10,004 nt of DNA from NCBI RefSeq assembly GCF_006345805.1, contig NW_021827835.1:1-10004 (forward strand), in the 5' to 3' direction. The translations under genes were made by a program, and so were the position numbers. This document shows positions 7,611-10,004 of the stretch, one piece after another. How positions within the stretch are numbered: position 1 is the stretch's first letter; the number at the start of each line of letters is the position of its first letter. This DNA comes from Octopus sinensis. Its lineage: Eukaryota. A model generated the notes under the pieces. The model saw only the letters and a program-made list of their open reading frames with translations, ran no database searches and was not told the origin of the DNA.

Positions 7611-8336
7611 GTAATATAGGCACTAATATTCGTTTTTCATATAAGCATAGCATACTTTGGACTAAAATTTCATTTGACTGATTTCTCAAATGAGCATCTA
7701 CTATGTAGTGAGACCTGCTCGATGTGATAGCTAAAAGACCAGACTGAATTTACAGTGGATATGAGGACTATTCTTATTTGTCCTTTTTTTTATTTTAATG
7801 CTAGAAATATGGAGAAAAAATGCAGAAATTGTCGATAGACGTCTACATTATGTCATTAAGTTAAAAAAAAAGCTAATTGTAAATTCAGCGACACTTATCA
7901 AAGTCTAATTGATATTTTTGGAACTCAAAACTCAGGTATATGGTAAAATAAGCTACCGAACATATTAGAAAACGCCGATGTTCTCACTTTAAAATGTCCA
8001 CAGCATAAACAAAGCCATTACTAAAATCGCAAATTCCAAAACGAATAAAGAGGAAATAATATCCGTTATTTTTCCTCGGGGAGTTATCAGCACAATAACA
8101 TTTTCTTTCTATATATCTGTTGATGACCTTATATTTGCGAAAACCAGCTGTGTCTCCCGTTGTTAATCAATAGAGTTTTGTCTTCAAATATGTGCTTCAA
8201 GACATTTTATTCATCCAGCATCATAATCATATACAATCCATAAAATCCGAATAGATATATAGCAGTCATTTCGTTGTGTCCAAATAATTTTATAGCTTTT
8301 TTTTTTTTTCTTTGGTTTCCAGATTGTTTTATTATT

Positions 8337-8384
8337 TCAAGTTTCTTCAAGCTGAGCTTCTGACAATGACGACCGACATCGCAC
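8337..8384 (-). CDS. Candidate coding part of a terminal exon of an unidentified host gene
   Basis: The minus strand shows branch-like CTTAAC (8410-8405), an AG-free spacer, and TTGTTATTTCAG|GTG (acceptor AG 8386-8385). The next 48 nt are ~48% GC and read VRCRSSLSEAQLEET* in phase 0 (phase 1 alternative: GAMSVVIVRSSA*, stop 8347-8349). Composition then drops to AT-rich, with AATAAA at 8333-8328, 8211-8206 and 7793-7788. No convincing donor follows. Confidence 0.45.
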   Translation of the reverse strand: MRCRSSLSEAQLEET

Positions 8385-8576
8385 CTGAAATAACAATACA
8401 TTTTGTTAAGTACAAAATACAATACTTAAAAAAAAAAAGAAGAATCTAAGAATTTACTGTTGATTGTCATTCGTATATTTCAAACATAAGTATTTATACA
8501 TGCATACAGACACAGATATATTAATTCATGTCTATCTCTGAATCGCTTTCTCCACCCAACCCTCTCTCTCTCCTCA

Positions 8577-8705
8577 TATATATATATAGTTATATGTATA
8601 CGTATATATATATATATATATAAATATATATATAACAATGATAAATCTCAGAGTGAGTTATAAACAGTAGCGCCACTATATATATATATATATAGGTGTG
8701 TGTGT
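8577..8705. repeat. (TA)n tracts flanking a short unique spacer
   Basis: Read directly (about 8577-8633 and 8677-8705). Confidence 0.85.
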
Positions 8706-9175
8706 GGAAGCACAATGGCCCAGTGGTTAGGGCAGCGGACACGCGGTCGTAGGATCGCGATTTCAATTGTGAGTGTTCATTGAGCAAAAAAACCTAAAGC
8801 TCCACGAGGCCCCGGCAGGGGCTGGTGGTGAACCCTGCTGTACTCTTTCAGCACACTTTCACTCACTCTTTCTTCCTGTTTCTGCTGCGCGTGTATTTCA
8901 ATGGACCAGCTGAATCTTCCCGAGAGCTACGTTAAGGGTGCACGTGTCTGTGGAGTGCTCAGCCACTTGCACGTTAATAAATGATGAGCGGTGTCACTGG
9001 CGCCAAGCTGTATCGGCATTTGTCTTTCCCTTGGATAACATCGGTGGCGTGGAGAGGGGAGGCTGGTATGCGTGGGCGACTGATGGTCTTCTATAAACAA
9101 CCTTGCCCAGACTTGTGCCTCGGAGGGTAACATTCTAGGTGCAATCCCATGGTCTTTCATGATCGAAGGGGTCAC
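8706..9175 (+). mobile_element. tRNA-derived SINE (third family, long 3' region), B box damaged
   Basis: A box TGGCCCAGTGG at 8716-8726; B-box region reduced to GATTTCAATT followed by an apparent deletion. Head and body (to ~8877) align with the 9551-9817 copy. GC-rich body set in TA flanks. Confidence 0.88.
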
Positions 9176-9225
9176 AATATACATGCGTATATATGTATTT
9201 ATATACATGTATATATGTAAATATG

Positions 9226-9256
<31 letters not shown>

Positions 9257-9273
9257 TTGTTTGCTTGTGTGTG

Positions 9274-9348
<75 letters not shown>

Positions 9349-9365
9349 ATATATAAATATATTAT
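9176..9365. repeat. TATG/(GT)n/(TA)n microsatellite cluster
   Basis: Read directly. Confidence 0.95.
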
Positions 9366-9392
9366 ATAAAAGGGCTTAGTAAAATAACTGAA

Positions 9393-9440
9393 TACTGAAT
9401 ACTTGGTGAAATTGATACTGAATACTTGGTGAAATTGATA
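9393..9440. repeat. Perfect 23-bp tandem duplication
   Basis: TACTGAATACTTGGTGAAATTGA at 9393-9415 and 9416-9438, plus TA. It overlaps a 7-bp duplication ACTGAAT x2 (9387-9400). Confidence 0.95.
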
Positions 9441-9474
9441 ATTAATTATTAATTTTACCCTCAATTGTTGAAAT

Positions 9475-9475
<1 letters not shown>

Positions 9476-9505
<30 letters not shown>

Positions 9506-9547
9506 CATATATATATATATATATTGTATATATATATATATATATAT
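9476..9547. repeat. (TA)n microsatellite
   Basis: Read directly. Confidence 0.93.
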
Positions 9548-9550
9548 GTT

Positions 9551-9817
9551 GTGGAGGCACATGGCCTAGTGTGTAGAGCAGTGGACTCGCGGGTTCGAAT
9601 CTCAGACTGGGTGGTGTGTGTGTTTATGAGCGAGATACCTAAGCTCCACGCGGCTCCGGCAGGAGGTAATGGCGAACTTCTGGTGAATCTTTCGCCACAC
9701 TTTTCTCTCACTCTTTCCTCCTGCATCTTGCAGCTCACCTACGACGGACCGGCGTCCCATCAAGGTGAGGAACCTATGCGCTAAGGAAACCGGAAAACCG
9801 GCCCTGGGAACAAAACA
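9551..9817 (+). mobile_element. tRNA-derived SINE related to 8706-9175, with a different 3' tail
   Basis: A-box-like TGGCCTAGTG (9562-9571), B box GGTTCGAATCTC (9592-9603), shared body CCTAAGCTCCACGCGGCTCCGGCAGG...CTCACTCTTTCCTCCTG, distinct tail ...GGAAACCGGAAAACCGGCCC and an ACAA-type end. Confidence 0.9.
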
Positions 9818-9908
9818 ATATATATATATATATAAACACACAACCACACAGTACATATAAATACATACATACATGCATACACACACACATATATACATAC
9901 ATACATAT

Positions 9909-9942
<34 letters not shown>

Positions 9943-9967
9943 GTATATATAATATATATATATATAT
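9818..9967. repeat. (TA)n/(CA)n/TACA microsatellite cluster
   Basis: Read directly. Confidence 0.93.
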
Positions 9968-10004
9968 GAGTGCTTTTCAGTGCGCGTGTGTGTGGGTTGT
10001 CATA

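Noticed and set aside
8706-8770. tRNA gene calls for the A/B-box-bearing heads (also 9551, 3149, 1480, 4292)
   Set aside because: No complete cloverleaf, and each continues into a SINE body.
9393-9440. CRISPR-like repeat
   Set aside because: Two adjacent units with no spacer, in a eukaryotic context; a simple tandem duplication.

Overview
AT-rich, microsatellite-dense eukaryotic non-coding DNA. It is most likely from an octopus or other coleoid cephalopod; this is inferred from the (TA)n density and from SINE families I recall from octopus sequence, not from a search. No intact protein-coding gene is present, and almost all ORF-track entries are microsatellite or antisense artefacts. Supported content: (1) a 5'-truncated, decayed Penelope-like retroelement (RT thumb, Cys-rich linker, C-terminal GIY-YIG endonuclease) on the minus strand at ~100-1120. 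It ends at a perfect 12-bp palindrome, followed by an oppositely oriented A-rich segment carrying a degenerate hammerhead-ribozyme-like motif, which suggests an inverted pseudo-LTR. (2) Six tRNA-derived SINE copies or remnants from several families, including an inverted pair. (3) An internally deleted Tc1/mariner-type element. (4) An RTE-type LINE 3' coding remnant. (5) Many (TA)n, (CA)n and (GAA)n tracts. Two unproven host-gene exon candidates stand out: a 45-nt frame-preserving exon on + (5363-5407) and a probable terminal exon on - starting at 8384, next to a ~1.7 kb stretch with no recognisable transposon.
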